Position numbers and translations under genes: made by a program. Under the pieces are notes generated by a model. The model did no database searches and was not told the DNA's origin. It saw only the letters and a program-made list of their open reading frames with translations. Of a DNA stretch of 64,000 nucleotides, positions 37,919 through 46,545 are shown piece by piece (position 1 is the first letter of the stretch; each line of letters starts with the position of its first letter). The stretch comes from an uncultured Bacteroidales bacterium. GTDB lineage: Bacteria > Bacteroidota > Bacteroidia > Bacteroidales > VadinHA17. The stretch is taken from positions 107,316 to 171,315 of the forward strand of contig CAWHED010000006.1 in assembly GCA_963828395.1 (NCBI GenBank), written 5' to 3'.

Positions 37919-39823
37919 CTACGATGTACCTCCTAGTTCATTCTCAATAGCCAGCCTGATGCCCTCTGCATCATACCCGCACTCATGCCACAGCTCCTGC
38001 TGGGTGCCATGTTCGACAAAATAATCCGGAATCCCCATACGCCTAATCTTAATCGCATATCCGTGATCACCGGCGAACTCAAGCACGGCACTGCCAAATC
38101 CGCCCTTAATGACACCATCTTCAACAGTGATGATCTTTCTGAAATTCCTCATCACGTCATGCAGAACTTCTTCGTCAAGCGGGTTGGCAAACCGCATGTC
38201 ATAATGCTTCACCGAGATACCTTTGTCGCGCAGTTGCACAGTCGCTTCAACAACAAAATTGCCCGGATGGCCTATGCTCAGCACTGCAATATCCTTTCCG
38301 TCATTTATTAACCGTGCCTTACCTACAGGTATCTCCGCAAACGGCTGCTGCCAGTCGCATATGACACCCGTACCACGCGGATAGCGGATGCTGAAAGGTC
38401 CTTTTATCTTGTCAAGCTGTGCGGTATACATCATGTTGCGCAGCTCCACCTCATCCATCGGAGCAGATGTGATCATTCCGGGGATGTTACGCATAAAAGC
38501 CAGGTCGAAGAAACCGTGATGGGTTGCACCGTCTGTGCCTACCAACCCTCCGCGGTCGATACAAAAAACAACCTTAAGTCCTTGTAAGGCAACGTCATGA
38601 ACCACCTGGTCATAAGCCCTCTGCAGAAATGTCGAATAGATATTGCAGAAGGGCAGGAGCCCGTCGGACGCAAGTCCGGCAGAGAATGTCACAGCGTGCT
38701 GTTCTGCAATGCCTACATCATAGGTCCTGTCAGGCATCTCCTTCATCATGATATTAAGCGAGCATCCGGTTGGCATGGCAGGGGTGATACCAACGATCTT
38801 ATCATTCATGCGGGCCAGCTCAACTATTGTATTTCCGAAGACCTCCTGGTAAAGAGGGTGCTTCGAACACTCCGCAGGTTTGATCAGCTCGCCGGTACAT
38901 TTATCAAATTTTCCAGGAGCATGAAAGACTGTCTGGTGCTCTTCAGCTTTAGGAAAGCCTTTCCCTTTTACCGTTACACAATGCAGGAGCTTCGGCCCCG
39001 GGATCCGTTTCATGTCCTGCAGCACCTTAACCAGATGGAGCACGTCATGACCGTCTATTGGTCCGAAATATCTGAATTTCATTGATTCAAACAGGTTACT
39101 CTTCTCGAGCATAGTACCTTTTATGCTTCCCTCGATCTGCGAGGCCAGTAACCTCGCCTTTGATCCCATACGGCTTGAAAGGCCAAGGAAGTTCCAAACC
39201 TTATCCTTGAACCTGTTGTAGGTTTTGCTGGTTGTGATATCGAGAAGATATTCCTTAAGAGCACCTACACTTGCATCAATAGAAATGTTGTTGTCATTCA
39301 GGATAACGAGCAGATCGGCTTTTTCATTACCTGCATTATTCAAACCTTCGAATGCCAGTCCCCCCGTCAGGGCCCCATCGCCTATCACTGCAACCACCTT
39401 GCGTTTTTCACCCCGGGACCTGGCTGCCACTGCGATTCCCAGGGCAGCAGAGATGGAGGTTGATGAGTGCCCCACCCCGAAAGCATCATACTCACTTTCA
39501 GCCATGCGCGGGAAGCCGCTGATACCATTATATTTACGATTGGTTTTAAATCTGTCTTTTCTGCCTGTCAGTATCTTGTGTCCGTAAGCCTGATGGCCTA
39601 CATCCCACACTATCTTGTCATAGGGCGTATTATAGACATAATGGAGAGCGACGGTCAGCTCAATAACACCGAGGCTTGCTCCGAAATGGCCGGGATTGGA
39701 GCTTACTTCGTCAATAATAAACTGCCTGAGTTCATCGCTGACCCTGACCAGATCCAGCTCATTTAGTATCCTGAGATCTTCCGGAGTGTTAATTTTATCA
39801 AGCAGCCTCTGTTTCTCTGACAT
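37919..39823 (-). CDS. dxs: 1-deoxy-D-xylulose-5-phosphate synthase
   Basis: 634 aa with GHFGASLGVIELTVALHYVYNTPYDKIVWDVGHQAYGHKILTGR, the TPP motif GDGALTGGLAFEGLNNAG and the transketolase-like pyrimidine/C-terminal domains. Confidence 0.95.
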   Translation of the reverse strand: MSEKQRLLDKINTPEDLRILNELDLVRVSDELRQFIIDEVSSNPGHFGASLGVIELTVALHYVYNTPYDKIVWDVGHQAYGHKILTGRKDRFKTNRKYNGISGFPRMAESEYDAFGVGHSSTSISAALGIAVAARSRGEKRKVVAVIGDGALTGGLAFEGLNNAGNEKADLLVILNDNNISIDASVGALKEYLLDITTSKTYNRFKDKVWNFLGLSSRMGSKARLLASQIEGSIKGTMLEKSNLFESMKFRYFGPIDGHDVLHLVKVLQDMKRIPGPKLLHCVTVKGKGFPKAEEHQTVFHAPGKFDKCTGELIKPAECSKHPLYQEVFGNTIVELARMNDKIVGITPAMPTGCSLNIMMKEMPDRTYDVGIAEQHAVTFSAGLASDGLLPFCNIYSTFLQRAYDQVVHDVALQGLKVVFCIDRGGLVGTDGATHHGFFDLAFMRNIPGMITSAPMDEVELRNMMYTAQLDKIKGPFSIRYPRGTGVICDWQQPFAEIPVGKARLINDGKDIAVLSIGHPGNFVVEATVQLRDKGISVKHYDMRFANPLDEEVLHDVMRNFRKIITVEDGVIKGGFGSAVLEFAGDHGYAIKIRRMGIPDYFVEHGTQQELWHECGYDAEGIRLAIENELGGTS

Positions 39824-40003
39824 TTCAGAAGTGTCATAAATGACGGCGCAAATATACTTATAATTTGATTTTTAAGCTCAGATTTCAATTTCCGGCGGTG
39901 GTGGTAAAAAAACGCTTTTGTTAATTAATCATCCTGCTATTAACAAAAGGTTTTACCTTTTATTGTTTAATTCGCGGCAGAGGTATAGTCAAACAAGTCA
40001 GTC

Positions 40004-41020
40004 ATGGTATCAAGAAAATTAATCTTGCCGGTGCTTCTGATAGCAATCATAGCAGGCTCATGTGTTACGGGTACGAAATACAATTCCCTTAGCAACAGAT
40101 CCACGTCTCTTCTGATTGAGCGTGATTCCCTGAAGGCGGAAAACCTTTGGTTATCAATGTCGAACAGGGAGCTTACATCGAAGTCGAAACAACTCATCGA
40201 AGACACGGATAAACTGACTGCAGACCTTGGCAAGGCCAGGACTGATCTCGCGCAGTCAGAGGATGAGTTGAACAGGCTGACAACACGTTATACAGATCTG
40301 CAGAAGGCACAGGAGGAGCTGATGACCGGAAAGGTCCAGGAGACACAGCGCCTGCTGGCTGAGCTCAGAACTGCGCAGGCAGATCTTCAGAAGAAGGAAG
40401 AAATGATGCGTGACCTCGAAATAAATCTCGACACAAAAAAGGCCACGCTGGAGGAACTCACCTATGAGCTTGACAGGCGCAATGCCCGTCTGACAGAGCT
40501 GGAGAAGATGCTTGATGCACAGCAGAAAGCTGTCAGAGAGCTGAAGGCCAAGGTATCGGAAGCACTTTATGGCTTTGAAGACAACGGGCTCTCCGTAACC
40601 ATGAAGAACGGACAGGTATATGTGTCTATGGATGAGAAGCTTCTCTTTAAAACAGGCAGCTATGAGATTGATGCCAATGGCCGTGCTGCCCTGCGAAAGC
40701 TTGGAGCGCTGCTTGAGAAAAATCCGGATATTTCAATCAATATAGAAGGCCACACAGACGACGTTCCTTACAGGGCAGCCGCAGGCCAGCAGCTTGTTGA
40801 TAACTGGGATCTGAGTGTGAAGAGAGCGACCACTGTGGTAAGAGTACTGACACAGGACACGAACATCAACCCGAAACGCCTGGTTGCCTCAGGCCGCAGT
40901 GAGTATATGCCCGTTGATGCCAGGAAAGCCGTCGATGCACGCCAGAAGAACAGGAGGACGGAGATCATCCTGACACCTGACCTCACAGCGCTTTACAGCA
41001 TACTTGAGAGCTATAAATAG
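40004..41020 (+). CDS. OmpA-family peptidoglycan-binding lipoprotein with long coiled-coil
   Basis: Lipobox IIAGSC, about 170 aa of heptad-rich coiled coil, and a C-terminal OmpA domain (NIEGHTDDVPY..NWDLSVKRATTVVRVL..NRRTEIIL). Confidence 0.8.
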   Translation: MVSRKLILPVLLIAIIAGSCVTGTKYNSLSNRSTSLLIERDSLKAENLWLSMSNRELTSKSKQLIEDTDKLTADLGKARTDLAQSEDELNRLTTRYTDLQKAQEELMTGKVQETQRLLAELRTAQADLQKKEEMMRDLEINLDTKKATLEELTYELDRRNARLTELEKMLDAQQKAVRELKAKVSEALYGFEDNGLSVTMKNGQVYVSMDEKLLFKTGSYEIDANGRAALRKLGALLEKNPDISINIEGHTDDVPYRAAAGQQLVDNWDLSVKRATTVVRVLTQDTNINPKRLVASGRSEYMPVDARKAVDARQKNRRTEIILTPDLTALYSILESYK

Positions 41021-41025
41021 CAGTA

Positions 41026-42567
41026 TTAGTCACTGAATTCACCCAGCCTTATCTTTAGCCTGCTGAGTGCTTCCATCAGGTCATCCTCGGGCTTTAGGAA
41101 ATCGAAGTTCTTCCAGAATTCAGGATCATAACCGTATATGGTGTTTGAGAAGACCGAATATACCGGAGCAAGTTCCTCATGCTCGAAACGGATGACATTT
41201 TCGGTCTGGTGATCTGTCACGGCCAGCTCAAAAAAGACATTAAAGCGGCTGCTGAAGAACTTCTTCCTGCCCCTCGCCAGGAAACCAAGATCTCCCCGCA
41301 CATGTGAGAGGTAATATCTGCCATCAATGTAACGATATCGGATTCTGTATCTTACATACTCCGGCTTCATTGAGTAATTGCGCGGCAGCCTGCTGATATA
41401 AGATTCTGAGGTCTGGGCTATATACAGGGGATTAATTTCAAATTCAGCTCCCATGACACCATAGTTGTCCACATTGATGTATACTTCTCCCTTCATTAGG
41501 GGTTCTGTAACCCAATCCTGCTGGCTGAACGAAATGACAAAGGCTGTCTCACCGTCTATGGTGACGATATCGGTCAGATGATAATCATATGACTTGAGCG
41601 ACATGGGGTCAAGGAAATCAAACATGTTTCTCATGCCGTCAAGTGTCAGGGAGGAGCTCAGACCTGCCTTCAGTCTTACAGCCAGGGTATCCTCTGCCTC
41701 GAGGTTTTCTATTTTTCTGCTGCGTATCACCTTCATCTGGTCATTCTGCAGTGACCTGGCGTAGGGGCTCTTGTATATCTGCACCACTGCCTCCGAATAG
41801 ATCTGGGGTTCTTTTTTCCTGTAGACACCCTCACGGTAGAAGCCGGTAAGCAGTACAGGTGTGGTGCCGTAATTGGATGCAACGGAGGAGACAGCTTTTC
41901 CGATGATGAGCACCGGATCCTGAGCCCTGATGATTATCTCCGGAATGGGGATAAAGTCACGCTCCATGCTGATTGTCATTACGTTGCCAGGCATGCTTCT
42001 GACAGGTATCAGGCGGTTAATATAACCTACGTAGGAAACAGACAGTGTGTCATTCAGGCATTCGTCGGGGATCTTTAAAATAAAATCACCGTTGTTGTTG
42101 GTCACCATGCCCCTGCCGCGATGACTTATGCCCACGGTAGCAAAAGGAAGCGGTTCCGATGTCTCGGCATCAACCACTTTACCGCTTAAAATATGCAGGA
42201 CGGGCAGGGTATCGTTTACAGCCTTTGGCGTATCGGTTATCAGGTCACGGTACAGTATAATATGTTTTTCAATGACTGAATACCTGATATTCGGGTCACC
42301 GGTTACCGAGTTGAGAAGCTCCCTGACAGTAATGTCCGATGGGGGCAGGGCAAATACCCTGTCATCATCGATTATTCTTGTGTCATAGGTAAAGATGTAG
42401 CCGGTAAGCCTGCTTACCTCACTGAGCGCCCTGGATGCCCTGATACTGTTGCCCTGCATCTTCACCCGTCTTTCAAGTATACTCTCCTGCGGGAAAAGCT
42501 GCAGTGTCAGAAAAAACAGGCCGGCAACCAGGATCAGTATCCTTTTCTCAGTACATGTCGGCCACAT
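41026..42567 (-). CDS. secreted STN-like + CarboxypepD_reg-like domain protein with uncharacterised ~330-aa C-terminal domain
   Basis: 513 aa with a signal peptide. An STN-like segment (RASRALSEVSRLTGYIFTYDTRII...VRELLNSV) is followed by a carboxypeptidase-regulatory-like fold (LSGKVVDAETSEPLPFATVGISHRGRGMVTNNNGDFILKIP). I see no plug or beta-barrel motifs. It lies directly downstream of the FecR gene and is a paralogue of 44107-45411. Confidence 0.7.
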   Translation of the reverse strand: MWPTCTEKRILILVAGLFFLTLQLFPQESILERRVKMQGNSIRASRALSEVSRLTGYIFTYDTRIIDDDRVFALPPSDITVRELLNSVTGDPNIRYSVIEKHIILYRDLITDTPKAVNDTLPVLHILSGKVVDAETSEPLPFATVGISHRGRGMVTNNNGDFILKIPDECLNDTLSVSYVGYINRLIPVRSMPGNVMTISMERDFIPIPEIIIRAQDPVLIIGKAVSSVASNYGTTPVLLTGFYREGVYRKKEPQIYSEAVVQIYKSPYARSLQNDQMKVIRSRKIENLEAEDTLAVRLKAGLSSSLTLDGMRNMFDFLDPMSLKSYDYHLTDIVTIDGETAFVISFSQQDWVTEPLMKGEVYINVDNYGVMGAEFEINPLYIAQTSESYISRLPRNYSMKPEYVRYRIRYRYIDGRYYLSHVRGDLGFLARGRKKFFSSRFNVFFELAVTDHQTENVIRFEHEELAPVYSVFSNTIYGYDPEFWKNFDFLKPEDDLMEALSRLKIRLGEFSD

Positions 42568-42576
42568 CAGATCTTG

Positions 42577-43560
42577 TCAATCCTGTCCCGGCAGAAGGCT
42601 GTAAGTACCGCCTTCCACGACAGAATGAAGGTTAAAGGTAGTGCAAATTACCTTAATAATTGTATCGTGCGGCTGATTGTCAAAGCGGGATGTGAGACGG
42701 TAATCATTTATTGCCGGGTCTGCTGTGGCAATATCAATATTGAAGGTACGTTTCAGATCGGCAAAGACCACCCCGAGCCTTTCTCCGTCGTAAGTAAGAA
42801 TGTCAGTGTTCCATGAGAGGTAGTTAGCGTCGGTGTTGAGAGCACGAGAAGAGTTGGTTCCTGAAATCTTCCCTATGTAACCCGGCTCAATCATCAGGTT
42901 CTCTGACCCGTCGTTGCTGGTAAGCATGACTGTTCCGGTGGTAACAAATACCTCCACCTCGTTTTCCTTGTTATCAGTGATTACGTTGAATGATGTTCCA
43001 AGAACCTTTACTCTGGCATTGCCTGCGTCAATTATGAACGGATGTGATGCGTCAGGGGCGATATCGAAATAGGCTTCACCCTTCAGTGTCACCTTGCGGT
43101 TATTGCGCCCGAAAGTTTCCGTGTAAATAAGCCGGCTATCGCGGTTAAGGTAAACTTTGCTGCCATCGGCAAGAAGCACCTCTATATTTTTCTCATCCAT
43201 GGCCGCGGTCACGGTTACTTTTTCCGGCACTGCCACCTCGAACATCAGCCAGCCGAGACCTGCAACTATTATAACCATTGCAGCTATCCGCATAAAGGCC
43301 GGCATTAATGACTGCCTGCGGATCGGAATAACAGGTTTTTCAGCTTCTATCCTGTGATTGAGGTTATTCCATGCTTTGTCAACATCAATATTATCAGCAT
43401 CCGTGTTTTTCAGATCATTCCATTTTTTCATTATCTCTCCATCTTCACTTACCAGGAAACGGGCAGCTTCATCGTTTGATGTATCTTCACCTGAGAGCCA
43501 TGCAGCTGCATCAGCCCATTCCTGGTCGGTCATTTCTTCTATCTTGTTATTCTTTTTCAT
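42577..43560 (-). CDS. FecR family anti-sigma factor
   Basis: 327 aa with a cytoplasmic N-terminus, a single TM helix (FMRIAAMVIIVAGLGWLMF), a periplasmic FecR domain (GEAYFDI..FIIDAGNARVKVLGTSFNV) and a C-terminal DUF4974-like segment. Its start overlaps the sigma factor stop by 4 nt. Confidence 0.85.
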   Translation of the reverse strand: MKKNNKIEEMTDQEWADAAAWLSGEDTSNDEAARFLVSEDGEIMKKWNDLKNTDADNIDVDKAWNNLNHRIEAEKPVIPIRRQSLMPAFMRIAAMVIIVAGLGWLMFEVAVPEKVTVTAAMDEKNIEVLLADGSKVYLNRDSRLIYTETFGRNNRKVTLKGEAYFDIAPDASHPFIIDAGNARVKVLGTSFNVITDNKENEVEVFVTTGTVMLTSNDGSENLMIEPGYIGKISGTNSSRALNTDANYLSWNTDILTYDGERLGVVFADLKRTFNIDIATADPAINDYRLTSRFDNQPHDTIIKVICTTFNLHSVVEGGTYSLLPGQD

Positions 43561-44093
43561 TGCTCTGCAAGTGCCTTTCTGAATTCTTTAAGCGCTTTTC
43601 CCATATTTGACTCAACTGTCTTAAGCGAAACTGACAGCTTCTCTGCTATCTCATTGTATTTTAATCCTTCAAACCTGCTCATCCGGAAGATGACACTGCA
43701 TCTTTCCGGAAGCCGATCAAGCACTTTTGCCACCTTCGACTGCAATTCGCTGTAATAAATTGCCTCAGTCACGGGTTCAGTTGTTTGTTCGGCGCTGGCG
43801 GCAATCTCTCCGGCATGCCGGTCGACCACTTTCTGATGTTCAATGAAGTGCAGCGACCTGTTATGTACAGAGCGGAAGAGATACCCGTTCAAAGAACTTT
43901 CAATCGTGAGGTTGCCCCTGTCCTGCCACAGCCTGAAGAACAGATCCTGAACAATTTCTTCCGCTGTGTCATGGTCTTTGAGTATTGTTTTCGCATAACG
44001 GACCAGCGAAACATAGGAGGACCGGAACAGCTTCTCAAACTCCTGCTTGTCGCCCTGTCTGATCCTCCTTATTATCTCACTGTCACTGTTCAT
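43557..44093 (-). CDS. ECF-type RNA polymerase sigma-70 factor
   Basis: 178 aa with region 2 (FEKLFRSSYVSLVRYAKTILKDHDTAEEIVQDLFFRLW) and region 4 (RCSVIFRMSRFEGLKYNEIAEKLSVSLKTVESNMGKAL). Confidence 0.9.
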   Translation of the reverse strand: MNSDSEIIRRIRQGDKQEFEKLFRSSYVSLVRYAKTILKDHDTAEEIVQDLFFRLWQDRGNLTIESSLNGYLFRSVHNRSLHFIEHQKVVDRHAGEIAASAEQTTEPVTEAIYYSELQSKVAKVLDRLPERCSVIFRMSRFEGLKYNEIAEKLSVSLKTVESNMGKALKEFRKALAEQ

Positions 44094-44106
44094 GCGTCAA
44101 CAACGC

Positions 44107-45411
44107 TTACTTATTCCCGGTTCTGTCACTGAACTTGACTTTTCTGCTAAGTCGTTTTATGGCTGCCTCGATACTCTGGTCAGGTTCTATGACGTTATAG
44201 TCGCCCCAGAAATCAGGATCTGCGAAAGCTGTAACCTCCTCAGTGAAGAAGTCAGTAGTATGGATCCTTTCCTTTGATGTGAACTTAACAACATCTTCCT
44301 CAGTACGGTCAGTGATGGCCAGCTCTGACATGGTTGTGAAGTTGGTGTTGAAGAGTTTCTTCTTCCAGTCAACCTTGAACTTGACCTCTGCCCTTGAGTG
44401 GGCGAAATACCACTTGCCATCCACTTCGCGGTAGCGGACAAGGTATGATGTGATCTCGGGTGTAACCTGCATTCCTATGGGTTTCTTCCTGATGAACATT
44501 GATGCTGCCAGGTCTTTGTTCTCAAGGTTAAAGGAAAACTCTGCCTGTGCAATGGCGTATGTCTCGATATCGATGTACAGACGGCCAAGGTACAGGGGAG
44601 TTGTGATGAACGGCTTCTGGAAGAAGTTTATCACGTAGTTTGTCCTGTTATCTATTGCGACTATGCTTGACAGTTCAAGGTCATACTGCGTGAGGGCTTC
44701 CCTGGTCAGGAATGTCTCCGGGTTCTTGACGATATCAAGATAAAGAGCCGTGGTGGGACCACCCTGGAGCTTGAAGAGTACGGTGTCCATCTTCGCGACA
44801 TCATCACTCTTTCTTCCTTTGTATATCTTGACCGCATCATATCTGAGGTCATTCTGGTAGGGCGCCTTGAATATTTCCACGACGGCTTCACCGATAGATA
44901 TATAGTTACGGTTTTTCCTGATCGTCTCACGATAGAAGCCGGTCATGTCATTTGCCACCGAGGTGTAGTTTTCGTCAAAACGTGAAATCACCTCTTCGAG
45001 GATCTCTTCAGGCACCATCGGTTTGACAATTATCTCTTTTATAGGGATCATGGCGGTCTCAAGCTCAATTATGTTACGCTGACCATTGGTTTTCAATTCA
45101 TCTATGGCCATCACCAGGTTCTTGTATCCGACAAATGAGAATTCTATCTTCCCCGTTTCGGTATCACTTACCTTAAGCGTGAATTCACCGTCAAGGTTTG
45201 TTACGGTAGAGACATTACTTCCCTGCACTGATATGCCTGCAAAAATCAGAGGGAGGCCTGTCTCGGCGTCAACCACCCTGCCTCTGATGGTTATCACCTG
45301 CTGTTGTTCTTTCTTCGGCCTGGCCGAAGGTCCTGATGCAAGCAGATCTCCTGCTGTTACAAAGAAGAGGAGCGTTGCAGCTATTACTGAAAAAAAGACT
45401 TTTGTTTTCAT
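44107..45411 (-). CDS. secreted CarboxypepD_reg-like domain protein, paralogue of 41026-42567 without the STN segment
   Basis: 434 aa with a signal peptide and IRGRVVDAETGLPLIFAGISVQGSNVSTVTNLDGEFTLKV. The C-terminal domain is collinear with that of the 513-aa protein: AVVEIFKAPY vs AVVQIYKSPY, ELAITDRTEEDV vs ELAVTDHQTENV, and DPDFWGDYNVIEPDQSIEAAIKRL vs DPEFWKNFDFLKPEDDLMEALSRL. Confidence 0.7.
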   Translation of the reverse strand: MKTKVFFSVIAATLLFFVTAGDLLASGPSARPKKEQQQVITIRGRVVDAETGLPLIFAGISVQGSNVSTVTNLDGEFTLKVSDTETGKIEFSFVGYKNLVMAIDELKTNGQRNIIELETAMIPIKEIIVKPMVPEEILEEVISRFDENYTSVANDMTGFYRETIRKNRNYISIGEAVVEIFKAPYQNDLRYDAVKIYKGRKSDDVAKMDTVLFKLQGGPTTALYLDIVKNPETFLTREALTQYDLELSSIVAIDNRTNYVINFFQKPFITTPLYLGRLYIDIETYAIAQAEFSFNLENKDLAASMFIRKKPIGMQVTPEITSYLVRYREVDGKWYFAHSRAEVKFKVDWKKKLFNTNFTTMSELAITDRTEEDVVKFTSKERIHTTDFFTEEVTAFADPDFWGDYNVIEPDQSIEAAIKRLSRKVKFSDRTGNK

Positions 45412-45521
45412 GGTTCTTTAATGTGTTGGTTTAAATCCGGATCATCTGTTCACAATAATGACCGGGAATATCCCATCTACCCTATACATTGAAGAAAAAA
45501 AATTGTTCATTTGTTCCAATC

Positions 45522-46484
45522 ATGCGTGCTCCGTATCTGAATGCAATTTACTCCGTTTTATCTTACGGAATGAAGAGATATGCCGGCATTTCTCTTCAGC
45601 CGCCTTTGCCACCGGCAATAAATGTTGAGCTAAGCAGCAGATGTAATCTCTCATGTCCGGAATGTGTTACGGGTACAGGACTGTTGAGAAGGAAAAATGA
45701 TTTCATTGATTATTCACTGGCAGGCAAAATTGCTGCGGAGCTCTCAGGCAGGACATTATCTGCCTGGCTCTATTTCCAGGGCGAGCCGATGCTGCATCCC
45801 CGTTTCTTTGAAATAGTCAGTCTGTTCCGCAAAATGAGACCGGTGATATCGACTAACGGTCATTTCCTTAATGAAGAAAACTGCGGGATGCTTGCAAGTT
45901 CAGCCCTGGAGAAAATTATAATTCCTTATGACGGGGCTACATCCGGAACATATAATTTATACCGTATTGGCGGAAACCATGCCTATGTTTCTGAAGGTAT
46001 CAGGCGCCTGGCCCGGGCTATAAAGACAAGCGATTCTAAGGTTAAGATCGAACTGCAGTTCCTTCTGCACAGGTACAATGAGCATGAAGTAAATGCAGCA
46101 GCAGCATTTGCCAGGTCTGTCGATGCCGTCTTCAGGATAAAGAGCATACAGGTTCTCGATGATGAAAGAGCCGGATACTGGATACCCTCTGACGCGAGGA
46201 GATCACGCTATGTGAAGTATGAGGACACATGGAAACCTGTGAGATCCCCTTCCCGGGGGTGCTTCAGGATGTGGACCACGGCAATCGTGACTGTTGACGG
46301 CGATGTGGTGCCCTGCTGCTATGATAAGCATGCCGGTCATGCCATGGGCAACCTCAATGATCAGATTTTCGGCGATATATGGAATGGTGAAAAGTATAAA
46401 TCGTTCAGGGAGACCGTGATCAGGAGCCGTGCCTCCATAGATATCTGTTCCGGGTGCCCTCAGGGAAGGCGGATACTTTTTTAA
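45522..46484 (+). CDS. radical SAM protein with SPASM/twitch-like C-terminal cysteine domain
   Basis: CxxxCxxC motif in VELSSRCNLSCPECV. C-terminal Cx12Gx4C pattern (CFRMWTTAIVTVDGDVVPCC) plus CSGCP. The start is placed at ATG 45522. Confidence 0.8.
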   Translation: MRAPYLNAIYSVLSYGMKRYAGISLQPPLPPAINVELSSRCNLSCPECVTGTGLLRRKNDFIDYSLAGKIAAELSGRTLSAWLYFQGEPMLHPRFFEIVSLFRKMRPVISTNGHFLNEENCGMLASSALEKIIIPYDGATSGTYNLYRIGGNHAYVSEGIRRLARAIKTSDSKVKIELQFLLHRYNEHEVNAAAAFARSVDAVFRIKSIQVLDDERAGYWIPSDARRSRYVKYEDTWKPVRSPSRGCFRMWTTAIVTVDGDVVPCCYDKHAGHAMGNLNDQIFGDIWNGEKYKSFRETVIRSRASIDICSGCPQGRRILF

Positions 46485-46545
46485 ACAGACCAAACATTTG
46501 CAGAAAGCATTTGGCAGGCCTCACCACCGGACGATGTGTCAGATA

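Noticed and set aside
41026-45411. Calling the 513-aa and 434-aa proteins SusC/TonB-dependent receptors
   Set aside because: They are roughly half the length of or shorter than a TonB-dependent transducer. They lack recognisable plug and barrel motifs and a C-terminal aromatic residue.
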